DNA from: Candidatus Magasanikiibacteriota bacterium
GTDB taxonomy: Bacteria > Patescibacteriota > Patescibacteriia > Magasanikbacterales > 2-02-FULL-50-9b
Assembly: GCA_903893485.1 (NCBI GenBank)
Contig: CAITMK010000008.1
Span: forward strand, 10,612-74,611
Length of the DNA: 64,000 bases
Direction: 5' to 3'
The notes beneath the pieces were generated by a model. It saw only the letters and a list, made by a program, of their open reading frames with translations, did no database searches and was not told the origin of the DNA. Both the position numbers and the translations under genes were made by a program. Shown here piece by piece: positions 47,848-56,868 of the stretch. Position 1 is the first letter of the stretch. Every line of letters begins with the position of its first letter.

Positions 47848-48729
47848 ATGTTCTGTACAAATCAAAAAATCTGGATGAAGCTGTGGGGCGTGCGGGGGTC
47901 GCGCGCGACGGATGACCAAGAAGTCGGTGGCGCTACCACGTGCATCGAAATGCGGGCTGGCAGCAGCACGCGGCTGGTGTTCGACGGCGGTACGGGTATC
48001 ATCGCCTTCGGCAATACGCTGTTTGCAGAGCTTGCCAAGGGTCCGGTGACGGTTCACCTGTTCCTGACCCATCTGCACACGGATCACTGGGAAGGCCTGC
48101 GGTTCTTTGATCCGCTGCATCACCCAAACCTGAAGCTGGTCATTTGGGGCCGAAAAGGGTTGGTGCGGATGCTGCGCAAGCAGATGTTCGACGGCAACTC
48201 CTTTCCGGTCACACCGGATATGCTGAAGGCGGACATCACGTGCATGCTTGTGGAAGATGATGGCGTGTATGTGATTCCGACACCTGAAGGCAAAAACGTC
48301 GTGGTTCACGCGCGTAGCCTGAATCATCCGGGTGGATGCTTCGGCTACCGCGTTGAATACGACGGCGCGAGCGCAGCGATCATCCAAGACCACGAGGAGC
48401 AAATCGAGGATACGCCCGAAGCGGCGCAGCTCGAACGCAACCTGGTGGAATTGGTGAGCGGTGTTGATCTGGTGGCCTTCGAGGTTCAGTACTCCGACGA
48501 CATGTACTTTGGTCGTGATGGTCCGAGCCGCAAGGGTTGGGGTCACGATCGCGTGGGACATGCGGCAAAGGTGCTGGAACTCGCAGCGCCCAAAGCGGTG
48601 AAGATCGTCCACGCCGACCCGGACCGCGGCAACCTGGCGTTCGTTACCACGATCGCCAGCGCGGTGCAAAAAGCCACAGGCATTCCAACCACTCCTGGTA
48701 TCCAGGGTGAAGAGGTGACCTGTGGCTAG
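47848..48729 (+). CDS. metallo-beta-lactamase-fold hydrolase, GC-rich cassette gene
   Basis: LTHLHTDHWEGL (HxHxDH) plus downstream His/Asp ligands; antisense ORF 47749..48669 is GC-driven. Confidence 0.75.
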   Translation: MFCTNQKIWMKLWGVRGSRATDDQEVGGATTCIEMRAGSSTRLVFDGGTGIIAFGNTLFAELAKGPVTVHLFLTHLHTDHWEGLRFFDPLHHPNLKLVIWGRKGLVRMLRKQMFDGNSFPVTPDMLKADITCMLVEDDGVYVIPTPEGKNVVVHARSLNHPGGCFGYRVEYDGASAAIIQDHEEQIEDTPEAAQLERNLVELVSGVDLVAFEVQYSDDMYFGRDGPSRKGWGHDRVGHAAKVLELAAPKAVKIVHADPDRGNLAFVTTIASAVQKATGIPTTPGIQGEEVTCG

Positions 48730-48740
48730 ATGCTCCAGCT

Positions 48741-48798
48741 AAAACCCACGATTAACTACGCATGAAGAATGTAAGTTAATCGTGGGTGTTTTTTATTT
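48741..48798 (+). terminator. intrinsic terminator; T-tract abuts stop codon of SPFH gene
   Basis: AAAACCCACGATTAAC...GTTAATCGTGGGTGTTTTTTATTTAC. Confidence 0.65.
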
Positions 48799-49552
48799 AC
48801 GCGTTATGCTCCTGCTGCATGAAAGTTTTAATATCCTGAATTGTTCCCATGAACTGAGATGGGAAAATAATCGTTGAATTTTTTTCAACGGAAATTTCGG
48901 CAAGTGTTTGCAAGTTGCGAAGCTGCAATGCAATTGGATGCGCCATCATGATGTCCGCAGTTTCAGCAAGTTTTTGTGCAGCAAGCGCTTCACCTTCAGC
49001 GGCAATAATTTTTGCACGCTTTTCACGTTCTGCTTCTGCTTGTTTCGCCATGGCGCGCTGCATTGAATCGGGCAACTGAATATCTTTAATTTCAACGGTA
49101 ATAACTTTTACACCCCAAGGAGTTGTGTGGGTATCAATAAGTGTGCGAATTTCTTCGTTGATTTGTTGCATTTCGGAAAGCACTTCGTCGAGTGCAAATT
49201 TACCAACAATGTTACGCACAGTTGTTTGTGCAATTTGATTAATTGCAGAAGAAACATTTTCGATCACGATAATGCTACGTGGTGCATCAACAATTTGATA
49301 ATACGCAACAGCCGAAACATCGATTGAAACATTGTCGCGAGAAATAATTTTTTGTGGCTGGACCGGCATGGTCATGACACGCATATCAACGCGGCGCATT
49401 TGATCGATGAAAGGCCAAACCATGCGAAGACCCGGCTGTTTTTCGTGGCTAAAACGGCCAAGACGAAAAATAACGCCCCGCTCGTACTGCCGAATAACCG
49501 AAAAGGTGCTGACGATGAGTAAAAAAATGATGATGCCAAAAATATAAAACAT
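48797..49552 (-). CDS. SPFH/band-7 (stomatin/prohibitin-like) membrane protein
   Basis: N-terminal TM, YERGVIFRLGRF, coiled-coil AEAEREKRAKIIAAEGE. Confidence 0.9.
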   Translation of the reverse strand: MFYIFGIIIFLLIVSTFSVIRQYERGVIFRLGRFSHEKQPGLRMVWPFIDQMRRVDMRVMTMPVQPQKIISRDNVSIDVSAVAYYQIVDAPRSIIVIENVSSAINQIAQTTVRNIVGKFALDEVLSEMQQINEEIRTLIDTHTTPWGVKVITVEIKDIQLPDSMQRAMAKQAEAEREKRAKIIAAEGEALAAQKLAETADIMMAHPIALQLRNLQTLAEISVEKNSTIIFPSQFMGTIQDIKTFMQQEHNA

Positions 49553-49604
49553 AGTGCGCCGATTATGGCGCAGCTTTAATAAGCTGTCAAACGCTAAAAT
49601 AAAA

Positions 49605-49680
49605 AAGCGGCCGAAGCGACTCGTTGAAGGTGGGCGTGTTTTGCCTCTTCAGTGAATCGCTTCGGCCTTGGCCAGCTTGG
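49605..49680 (-). terminator. intrinsic terminator of GC-rich gene 49683..50600
   Basis: minus: GGCCGAAGCGATTCACTGAAGAGGCAAAACACGCCCACCTTCAACGAGTCGCTTCGGCCGCTTTTTTATTTTAG. Confidence 0.6.
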
Positions 49681-49682
49681 GG

Positions 49683-50600
49683 CTAGGCCGCGGTCGCGTA
49701 CAGCTGGAGCTCGTCGCGCAGCTTGCCCGACTGCTCCACGCTCAGCACTTCAGCCACGTTGTTGCCGTCGCCGTCGTCCAGGAAGCACGCGATGTTGCCT
49801 TCCGGGCCCGTGGCGCCGATGACCGCGCGAACCGTGCGCTGCTTCTGCTGGTTGTCCAGGATCTTCAGCTCGCCGGCGAGGATGGCCTGCGGCATGACGG
49901 AGAACTCGCCGGCGTCGTTGTACTTGACGAGGACAAAATCACCGGTGTCCGAGTTCAAGCACAGCAGCTTGTCGCCGGTATCGCGCGAGATGCTGGAAAG
50001 CTTGAACTGGCTCGCGGGCGACGGGATCGCGCTGCCGACCAGGTCGATCGACATGAGGATGCTCTCGGCGTCCAGCAGGCTGAGCAGCGGCTCGCCCTCT
50101 TTCGGGCTCTTGTGCAGCAGGACCAGGACGTTGGCGTTGCCGATCTTGAAGACGGCCGCGTCGACGAACTTGTTGTTGACCTCGGGCAAGCCCGGGATCC
50201 AGGACACTTCCTGCACGTTGGCGCCGACGAGGTGCTTGCCGGTGAAGCGGTCGCCGTCGACATTCTTCATGATCTGCTCGACCGCCGCCTTGTCGCCTTC
50301 GACGAAGTGGAAGTTCTTGCCCGCCGTCACGACGTACGAGGACTTGGCCTCTTCGCCGTCGGCGCTCGCGATGAACTGCGAGGACATGACGCACGCCTCG
50401 TCGTCGGCCAGCTTGTATTTCTTGGCTTCCGCGGCGTCGATCAGCTTGACTTCAAACTTGCCGATTTCGTCGCCGACCGCGCGCTTCAGCACGACGGCGC
50501 CGGTGTTCTCGGACTTGGCTTTGACGATGCCGTCGCTGCCGATGTAGGCAAGGCCCATCGTGGTGATGAGCTGGATCATAATCGTACGATTGCTGTTCAT
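49683..50600 (-). CDS. hypothetical protein (305 aa), very GC-rich cassette gene
   Basis: protein-like composition on minus strand whereas the 3-4 overlapping ORFs on other frames are Arg/Ala/Gly-rich GC artefacts; GAGG 4 nt before ATG. Confidence 0.55.
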   Translation of the reverse strand: MNSNRTIMIQLITTMGLAYIGSDGIVKAKSENTGAVVLKRAVGDEIGKFEVKLIDAAEAKKYKLADDEACVMSSQFIASADGEEAKSSYVVTAGKNFHFVEGDKAAVEQIMKNVDGDRFTGKHLVGANVQEVSWIPGLPEVNNKFVDAAVFKIGNANVLVLLHKSPKEGEPLLSLLDAESILMSIDLVGSAIPSPASQFKLSSISRDTGDKLLCLNSDTGDFVLVKYNDAGEFSVMPQAILAGELKILDNQQKQRTVRAVIGATGPEGNIACFLDDGDGNNVAEVLSVEQSGKLRDELQLYATAA

Positions 50601-50700
50601 GATGCCTCGTAACCAGTGGATGCGGCCCTTTCTGAGCCAACATCGGTTTCCCTTATTAGCAATGACGGCCTATCCGCCATCGCCAATCTGAGTGAAAGTG

Positions 50701-50729
50701 ATATTAACGGATTTTCAAAAAAATGTCAA
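50701..50729 (-). promoter_or_regulatory. consensus promoter TTGACA-N17-TAATAT
   Basis: revcomp TGTCAA 50724..50729, ATATTA 50701..50706. Confidence 0.55.
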
Positions 50730-50797
50730 GAGGTGACCGACCCCAGACAAAGCAAACAAAAAACCCACCTTTCGGCGGGCTACATTTATTGGCTATA

Positions 50798-50868
50798 AGG
50801 TGCGAGTGAGAATCGAACTCACGATAGGGGTTTTGCAGACCCCGGCCTTACCACTTGGCGATCGCACC
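50798..50868 (-). tRNA. tRNA-Cys (anticodon GCA)
   Basis: GGTGCGATCGCCAAGTGGTAAGGCCGGGGTCTGCAAAACCCCTATCGTGAGTTCGATTCTCACTCGCACCT; U73 discriminator; followed by terminator GCCCGCCgaaaGGTGGGTTTTTTG. Confidence 0.8.
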
Positions 50869-50895
50869 ATAGCCAACATTCTACCGCAACCGGTT

Positions 50896-53391
50896 TTATT
50901 GGGCAACCCCCGCACCAGCGGTAAATGTAATTTGCTGCGAAGTGGTATTTTGTACAGAATCAACCACCGTCACTTGCAAAGTATGCGCACCTTTTGTTAA
51001 TTCATTTTGCGGAACAGAAATTCCAAATGGGAAAGATGCTGCCGAACCAACCAAATTTCCATCCAACCGATAATCAACATGTGCAACTCCATGTGCGCCA
51101 CCAACATTTACTTGCGCATTTAAATCGCCCGTTATCACATCGCCGTTTTTTGGAGCGGTAACTTCAAGTGTTGGCTTATCACCCGCAACATGCACATCAT
51201 CAAATTGCGTTGGCGGATTTTCAAAACTCAATGCAGTGCCCGTGGCTTTTTGTTTTGCGATCCAATTTTGTACACCTGTTTCCCATGCGGCATATTCTGG
51301 ATTTTGAGTCGGGTCAGCTGGCGGTGGACCTAATGGATTTTCTGGATCCACATAAAACAGAATGTCATGTGGTGGTACAAAAAATTTCTGAACAGTTGTT
51401 TCTGGTGGCGTATTTGGCGTTGCTAATTTTCCAGAAACCGTGTCGATACGAACCGCAAGCGCACCATTCGTTAAACCTTGTAACATTGGATTTGTTGCAG
51501 TGCTTGGTGGTGGCAATGGAAAATCTACCGCGGGTAATTTTTTTGTTACCGCCATCATAATTTGCTGCCAAATTGGTGCCGCAACAATTGACCCGTCTGC
51601 ACCACGCTTCATTGAGGTGTTGTCATTGTTACCAACCCAAACCGCCGCAACAACTTGCGGCGTATAACCAATGGTCCAGGCATCTTTATAATCGTTGGTG
51701 GTACCTGTTTTTACCGCAACCTGACGATCAGGTAATGTTAAAAAGTTCTTAAGTCCAAAAATATATGCGCGAGCTGGATTGTCGGAAAGAACATTAGAGA
51801 TCGTTGCTGCAATTTCTGGTGCGAGCACCTGTTTTGTCGATGAATCGATTTGTGGTGTAACATCATTTCCATTTTTATCTTCAATTTTCAAGATGCCAAT
51901 TGGCTGAACCAAATTTCCACCATTTGCAAATGCAGCATATGCACGTGCATGATCAATCATTTTTACTCCTCCACCACCAAGCACAATTGATGGACCAAAT
52001 TGAGACCGATCTTTAAATGTGCTATATCCAAGACGTTGCGCAAAATCCAACGCACGATCAACACCAACTAAGAAAATTGTTTTAACCGCAGGAATATTAA
52101 GCGAGCCCTGAAGCGCTTGGCGCATGGTCACCGGACCATGTTCTTTTGAATCGTAATTTTGTGGAGAATACGTTTGTGTATCATAAGGGAAATCTGTTTT
52201 TGTGTCATACAAAACAGTTTCGGTTGGAAATCCTTTTTCAAATGCCGCACTATACACAATTGGTTTAAATGATGAACCCGGTTGGCGAATACCTTGAGTT
52301 ACCACATTAAATTGTCCGCCTTGTTTTGGATCAGAAAAATTTCGCGAACCTACCATTGCCAGAATCTGTCCATTTGATGGATCAAGCACTAACGCAGCAC
52401 CATTACTTGCTCCATATTTTTTTTCAGCATTCGCAACACCATTTGCAATTGCTGTATTGGCAGCAACTTGCGCGTCGTAATCCAGTGTTGTAATAACTTT
52501 TAAACCACCTTGATCAACTGTTTGCTCACCGAAAGAATTTACAAGCTGATCTTTGATATACATTACAAAATGTGGTGCCACCGAAGAATCTGTTGCGACT
52601 TTAATATTACTTGTTTGTGCCTTAGCCTGATCACGTTGCGCCGCGGTAATATATTTATCAGCAAACATGCGATCTAAAATATAATCGCGGCGTCCTTTTA
52701 ATAAATCAGGATTTTGCATGTATCGCGTTGGCGCTTGAGGCATTGCCGCAAGCGTTGCAGCTTCTGCAAGTGTTAAATCCTTTGCGGACTTTCCAAAATA
52801 AGCTTGCGCAGCAGATTCAATGCCATAATTTGTTGAGCCGTATGGAATTTCATTGAAATACAATTTCAGGATTTGATCTTTGGTATATACGCGCTCAATT
52901 TGTAATGCCAAAACAGCTTCTTTAATTTTACGAGTAAAAGAATGTTCATCAGTTAAGATCGCATTTTTAACCAACTGTTGTGTAAGTGTTGAGGCACCAC
53001 CCTGACCACTTGAAAGATGCAAAGTGTCCGCAATGATTGCACGTAAAATACTTGTCCAACGAACACCGCTGTGTTCATAAAAATGTTCGTCCTCGATTGC
53101 GATTGTTGATTGCGCTACATAGGGGGGAAGTGTGGCGATATCAACAACGGTACGTTTTTTTTGATCATACACTTCGTAAAGCAAGTGGGTGCCAGTACGA
53201 TCAAACATTTTTGTACTTTCAGCAATCACGCGATCTTGTAAACGTTCAGGGTCTGGTAAGTCGCTTGTGATCCAAGCGGCAAAAATGGTTAATAAAAAAA
53301 AGCCAAAAACTGCAGCTGCGGCTACGGTGCCTAAAATTCGCTTCCAGCCAAAGTGAGCTTTTTTTTGTTTGTTTAAAGGAGTCGTTTTCAT
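50896..53391 (-). CDS. bifunctional penicillin-binding protein 1A (transglycosylase/transpeptidase) with C-terminal Ig-like extension
   Basis: GT51 motifs (EDEHFYEHSGV, QQLVKN), SXXK-type transpeptidase region, N-terminal TM. Confidence 0.9.
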   Translation of the reverse strand: MKTTPLNKQKKAHFGWKRILGTVAAAAVFGFFLLTIFAAWITSDLPDPERLQDRVIAESTKMFDRTGTHLLYEVYDQKKRTVVDIATLPPYVAQSTIAIEDEHFYEHSGVRWTSILRAIIADTLHLSSGQGGASTLTQQLVKNAILTDEHSFTRKIKEAVLALQIERVYTKDQILKLYFNEIPYGSTNYGIESAAQAYFGKSAKDLTLAEAATLAAMPQAPTRYMQNPDLLKGRRDYILDRMFADKYITAAQRDQAKAQTSNIKVATDSSVAPHFVMYIKDQLVNSFGEQTVDQGGLKVITTLDYDAQVAANTAIANGVANAEKKYGASNGAALVLDPSNGQILAMVGSRNFSDPKQGGQFNVVTQGIRQPGSSFKPIVYSAAFEKGFPTETVLYDTKTDFPYDTQTYSPQNYDSKEHGPVTMRQALQGSLNIPAVKTIFLVGVDRALDFAQRLGYSTFKDRSQFGPSIVLGGGGVKMIDHARAYAAFANGGNLVQPIGILKIEDKNGNDVTPQIDSSTKQVLAPEIAATISNVLSDNPARAYIFGLKNFLTLPDRQVAVKTGTTNDYKDAWTIGYTPQVVAAVWVGNNDNTSMKRGADGSIVAAPIWQQIMMAVTKKLPAVDFPLPPPSTATNPMLQGLTNGALAVRIDTVSGKLATPNTPPETTVQKFFVPPHDILFYVDPENPLGPPPADPTQNPEYAAWETGVQNWIAKQKATGTALSFENPPTQFDDVHVAGDKPTLEVTAPKNGDVITGDLNAQVNVGGAHGVAHVDYRLDGNLVGSAASFPFGISVPQNELTKGAHTLQVTVVDSVQNTTSQQITFTAGAGVAQ

Positions 53392-53429
53392 GAAATTTTA
53401 AGAAAGGTGCGCTAGAGCGCAAATACATA

Positions 53430-53458
53430 GTACCAGGAAGGTAGGGGGGTTGACAAAA
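53430..53458 (+). promoter_or_regulatory. native promoter TTGACA-N17-TAATGT for 3D-domain gene
   Basis: GGGTTGACAaaaaggcccatttatggTAATGT about 10 nt before ATG, no SD. Confidence 0.45.
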
Positions 53459-53488
53459 AGGCCCATTTATGGTAATGTATAGACCCTT

Positions 53489-53986
53489 ATGAAACAAACA
53501 CAAATCGGATTGAAACAGCTTAAGTTAGCTGAAAAATTCGTTCTTTGCGCTGTTTTCGCTGCTATCCTCACGATTTCGGGTAAACCAACGGTTGCACGTG
53601 CCGATAGCCTCTTTATTCCATCATTTGAATCAGACACTGCAGCTGCAGCAGAATTGCCAGTGGTTAAGCCACAGGTTGTGACTGTCAAAAAGACAATTAC
53701 CTCTGTTGCAACTGCTTATTCTTCAGATGTTGCTCAAACTGATAGTTCTCCTTTTACCACGTCAAATGGTAAACAGGTATACGACGGTCTTGTTGCAGCT
53801 AATTGGTTGCCATACAACACCAAAATTCGTATGCCTGATTTATTTGGTGATAAGATCTTTACCGTAAACGATCGTATGAATCCACGTTACGACACCGGAC
53901 GCCTTGATGTCTGGATGAAATCTCGTGGTGAAGCTATGGACTTTGGCTTACGCCACGTTCGTATTCAAATCGTTGAAGTTGAATAA
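53489..53986 (+). CDS. secreted 3D-domain protein (lytic transglycosylase-like)
   Basis: signal/TM, C-terminal ATAYSS...DRMNPRYDTGRLDVWM resembling 3D (Asp-Asp-Asp) domain. Confidence 0.65.
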   Translation: MKQTQIGLKQLKLAEKFVLCAVFAAILTISGKPTVARADSLFIPSFESDTAAAAELPVVKPQVVTVKKTITSVATAYSSDVAQTDSSPFTTSNGKQVYDGLVAANWLPYNTKIRMPDLFGDKIFTVNDRMNPRYDTGRLDVWMKSRGEAMDFGLRHVRIQIVEVE

Positions 53987-53995
53987 TTGTAAAAT

Positions 53996-54030
53996 TAAAA
54001 GCACCCCTTTCCGGGGCGCTTTTTTGTTTC
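53996..54030. terminator. bidirectional intrinsic terminator
   Basis: AAAAGCACCCCTTTCCGGGGCGCTTTTTTGTTTC. Confidence 0.65.
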
Positions 54031-54037
54031 AACCTTT

Positions 54038-55156
54038 TTATTGGCGAATAGGCATGATGATATATAAATAATCATCAGCATTTTCTGGCTGAAGCACGCA
54101 TGGCGCCTCACCACTTACAATTTTCAATTTAGCAAAAGGTTCGTCGATTGCCTGAAGACCGTCAACTAAAAATTTATGGTTCAAAATGACGGTATTTTCT
54201 TCGCCCAAACCTTCGACAGCAATATCTGCCGAATGCTCGCCGGCCTGAGAAGAAGCGGAGGTAATATTTAACACCTCTTCTTTTGGATTTACCCGAAGTG
54301 AAACAGCGCTCACACCTTGTGCAGAAAAAAGTGAAGCAGCTTTAATAACTTTTTGTGTTTCTTCTGTGGGTAACTTAACCTCAGCTGTGTGTGTTTTGGG
54401 GATAATTTGTCGGTAGTCAGGATAATTTCCCTCGATAAGACGAGAGAGTAGTGTAGCGTCGCCAATGATGCAAGAAATTTGACCCTCACCGAATGCAATT
54501 GTCACAGGATCATTACCATTTGGAAGTAATCTAAATAATTCTTGCGCGGTGCGTTGTGGAATAATTACACGTACGCTTGGTTGATTACCCCCGTTTAATA
54601 CTTCTACAAGTGCTTCTGATAAACGATAACTGTCGGTTGATGCAAAAATTGCGCGCATTTGATCTGTTGGTTCTGTAAATAAAAGTACGCCCTGGAGTTC
54701 GGGACGAACCTCACTGTGTGAAACCGAAACAAGTACGCGAGACAAAGCCCGTTTTAATCGATCTGAAGGAAAAGTTAATTCAGTTGTTTTTTCAACCAAA
54801 GGAATACTTGGAAAATCCGTGGCGGGAGTGCCCTTCATTTTTGTGCGCTGACGACCAGATTTTAAAATCAGCTCATTACCCTCAAGTTCAAAATCAATTC
54901 GAGCCTCGGCTGGTAATAAAGCAATATACTCAACGAGCGTTTTTGCAGGAACCGTAAAAGCTCCTTCCATTTCAACTTTGCCTCTAATAGATGATACAAC
55001 CGACAATTCCAAATTTGTACCAATTGCTTTGATCCCTGTAAGTTCCGCTACCAACTGAACATTATTAAGAATAGGTAAATGCACTTGCTTACCGGTGATT
55101 GCAGAAACAGCTTGAAGTCCTGTAAGTATGTTTTCTTTTGTACAAGTGAATTTCAT
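54038..55156 (-). CDS. dnaN: DNA polymerase III beta sliding clamp
   Basis: MKFTCTKENILTGLQAVSAITGK start typical of DnaN; directly downstream of dnaA. Confidence 0.9.
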   Translation of the reverse strand: MKFTCTKENILTGLQAVSAITGKQVHLPILNNVQLVAELTGIKAIGTNLELSVVSSIRGKVEMEGAFTVPAKTLVEYIALLPAEARIDFELEGNELILKSGRQRTKMKGTPATDFPSIPLVEKTTELTFPSDRLKRALSRVLVSVSHSEVRPELQGVLLFTEPTDQMRAIFASTDSYRLSEALVEVLNGGNQPSVRVIIPQRTAQELFRLLPNGNDPVTIAFGEGQISCIIGDATLLSRLIEGNYPDYRQIIPKTHTAEVKLPTEETQKVIKAASLFSAQGVSAVSLRVNPKEEVLNITSASSQAGEHSADIAVEGLGEENTVILNHKFLVDGLQAIDEPFAKLKIVSGEAPCVLQPENADDYLYIIMPIRQ

Positions 55157-55240
55157 ATTTGTATATGTATTAAAAGATAGTAGTAATAGTAGGTGTGGTG
55201 CAAAAGTGGATAAGCCCTTTTTGGCCGCAGAGCTTAGCAC

Positions 55241-55416
55241 TTATACCACATTTCCACAGGGGCGTAATTGGTGTGTGTGGATTCTGTAAGGAACGGGGAT
55301 AACTTATTTTTTTGTAAAACCCTGTGGAGTAAGTGTGTGTAAGTCTGAACTTCTCAACATACTGTCCCCAGGCTTTTCCACTGCGAAAACTGCGTTGTGC
55401 ACAGTTTATCCAAAAC
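55241..55416. promoter_or_regulatory. dnaA-dnaN intergenic DnaA-box cluster (oriC part)
   Basis: TGGATAAG 55207..55214, GGGATAAC 55296..55303, TTATCCAAA 55406..55414 and further degenerate boxes. Confidence 0.55.
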
Positions 55417-56868
55417 TTATCCCTGAGTGATGGAATAAAGGCGTTGGCGGATGGCTGCAATATCTTGCTTCAACTTCATATTATTCTCAACCTCTTTAGA
55501 GATTTTTTCGTAGGCATGCATTGCAGTGGTATGGTCGCGGCCGCCAAGCTCCTGGCCAATGGATGGAAATGAGCATTTCAATTCTTCGCGCAAAAGATAC
55601 ATGATAATTTGGCGAGGAAATGAAAGGCGCTTTTCACGGTTGGCACTCATGATTTCGTCAATGCTGATGTCAAAATACTGCGAAATCACCACCACCAAAT
55701 CTTTTGGTGTAAGAGATTTTTTGTAAGATTGATCTTCGTAACCAGTAAGTAATCCCTTTACTGATTCTACAGTCGCCATTTCGTGGCGTAAATCCTGATG
55801 AGCTAAAATTTTGTTAAGCGCACCTTCGAGTTCGCGAATGTTACTTTTAACCAGGGTTGCAACGGTTTGCAAAACGTCTTTGCTAAGCGTGCATTTTTTT
55901 TCCAAACACTTTGATTCAAGGATGGCCACGCGAGTTTCAAGGTCTGGTGATGCAACATCTACGATCATGCCCCACTCAAAGCGCGAGCGAAGACGGTCTT
56001 CAAGGCCTGGAATTGCCTTTGGAGGGCGATCTGAAGTCATTACAATTTGGCGATTAGCCTGGTGCAGCTCGTTAAAAGTGTGAAAAAACTCTTCCTGGGT
56101 TTCTGTTTTGCCTGCAATAAACTGAATGTCGTCTATAAGGAGTAGATCAATATTGCGATAAGTTTCTTTAAATTGTTTGATGCTACCAGAGCGAATTGCG
56201 GCAACAAACTCGTTAGTAAAGCGCTCTGATGAAATATATAAAATACGGACATCAGGGTTATTTGCAGAAATACGATTACCAATTGCCTGTATTAAATGAG
56301 TTTTGCCAAGACCAACGCCACCATATACGAAGAGTGGGTTATAAACCTCACCAGGACGGTTTGCGGCGGCCTGAGCTGCTGCATGAGCCAGCTCGTTTGT
56401 TTTACCTACAATAAAGGAATCAAAAGTATAGCGGGGGTTTAAACCAAATTTGTTTTTAGCTTCAATACGATCTGTAACGCTTGTTTGGCCGTTATGCGTT
56501 GTTGGCATATTACGCATTGGCGTTGGTTGGCGTGGGGCGGAAGAAATATTTGGATTTGCTTGTTGTACGCTTTGCTGATGATTGATAACGCTCTGTGGAA
56601 CCGAAACCTGTGGCTTATTGGTTGTGTCTACGGTAAAAATAATACGCTGAACCGCTTGACCCATGATACGTTCTAAAGAACTGATAATATCTTTGCGATA
56701 TTTATCATCAAGCCATTTTTGAGCCATGGTATTTGGCACTACAATAGTAACCACACCATTTTCTGCGCTTGAAAGGCGGGTTTGACCAAACCACGTTTGA
56801 AAATTGGCTTTACTGATGGAAATTTCGAGCTCGCCAAGTACGGCGCGCCACAGTTCTTGCGGGTTCAT
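55417..56868 (-). CDS. dnaA: chromosomal replication initiator protein DnaA
   Basis: AAA+ Walker A GGVGLGKTHL, Walker B LLLIDDIQF, C-terminal DNA-binding signature. Confidence 0.95.
   Translation of the reverse strand: MNPQELWRAVLGELEISISKANFQTWFGQTRLSSAENGVVTIVVPNTMAQKWLDDKYRKDIISSLERIMGQAVQRIIFTVDTTNKPQVSVPQSVINHQQSVQQANPNISSAPRQPTPMRNMPTTHNGQTSVTDRIEAKNKFGLNPRYTFDSFIVGKTNELAHAAAQAAANRPGEVYNPLFVYGGVGLGKTHLIQAIGNRISANNPDVRILYISSERFTNEFVAAIRSGSIKQFKETYRNIDLLLIDDIQFIAGKTETQEEFFHTFNELHQANRQIVMTSDRPPKAIPGLEDRLRSRFEWGMIVDVASPDLETRVAILESKCLEKKCTLSKDVLQTVATLVKSNIRELEGALNKILAHQDLRHEMATVESVKGLLTGYEDQSYKKSLTPKDLVVVISQYFDISIDEIMSANREKRLSFPRQIIMYLLREELKCSFPSIGQELGGRDHTTAMHAYEKISKEVENNMKLKQDIAAIRQRLYSITQG

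Noticed and set aside
47749-48669. 306-aa minus-strand ORF antisense to the MBL-fold gene
   Set aside because: Only the plus frame carries the HxHxDH motif. The minus frame is an Arg/His-rich artefact.
49668-50612. Three to four additional long ORFs (49668..50612 +, 49723..50547 +, 49939..50394 -, 49955..50263 -) overlapping the 305-aa gene
   Set aside because: Arg/Ala/Pro/Ser-rich artefacts of very high GC. Only the minus 49683..50600 frame has balanced composition plus RBS, promoter and terminator.
41736-50729. Treating the uniform TTGAC-N17-TAnnnT promoters as proof that the cassettes are synthetic
   Set aside because: Native low-GC genes, lexA at 17786..17814 and the 3D-domain gene at 53430..53458, use the same promoter architecture. 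The promoter pattern alone cannot distinguish engineered from host-adapted natural insertions.
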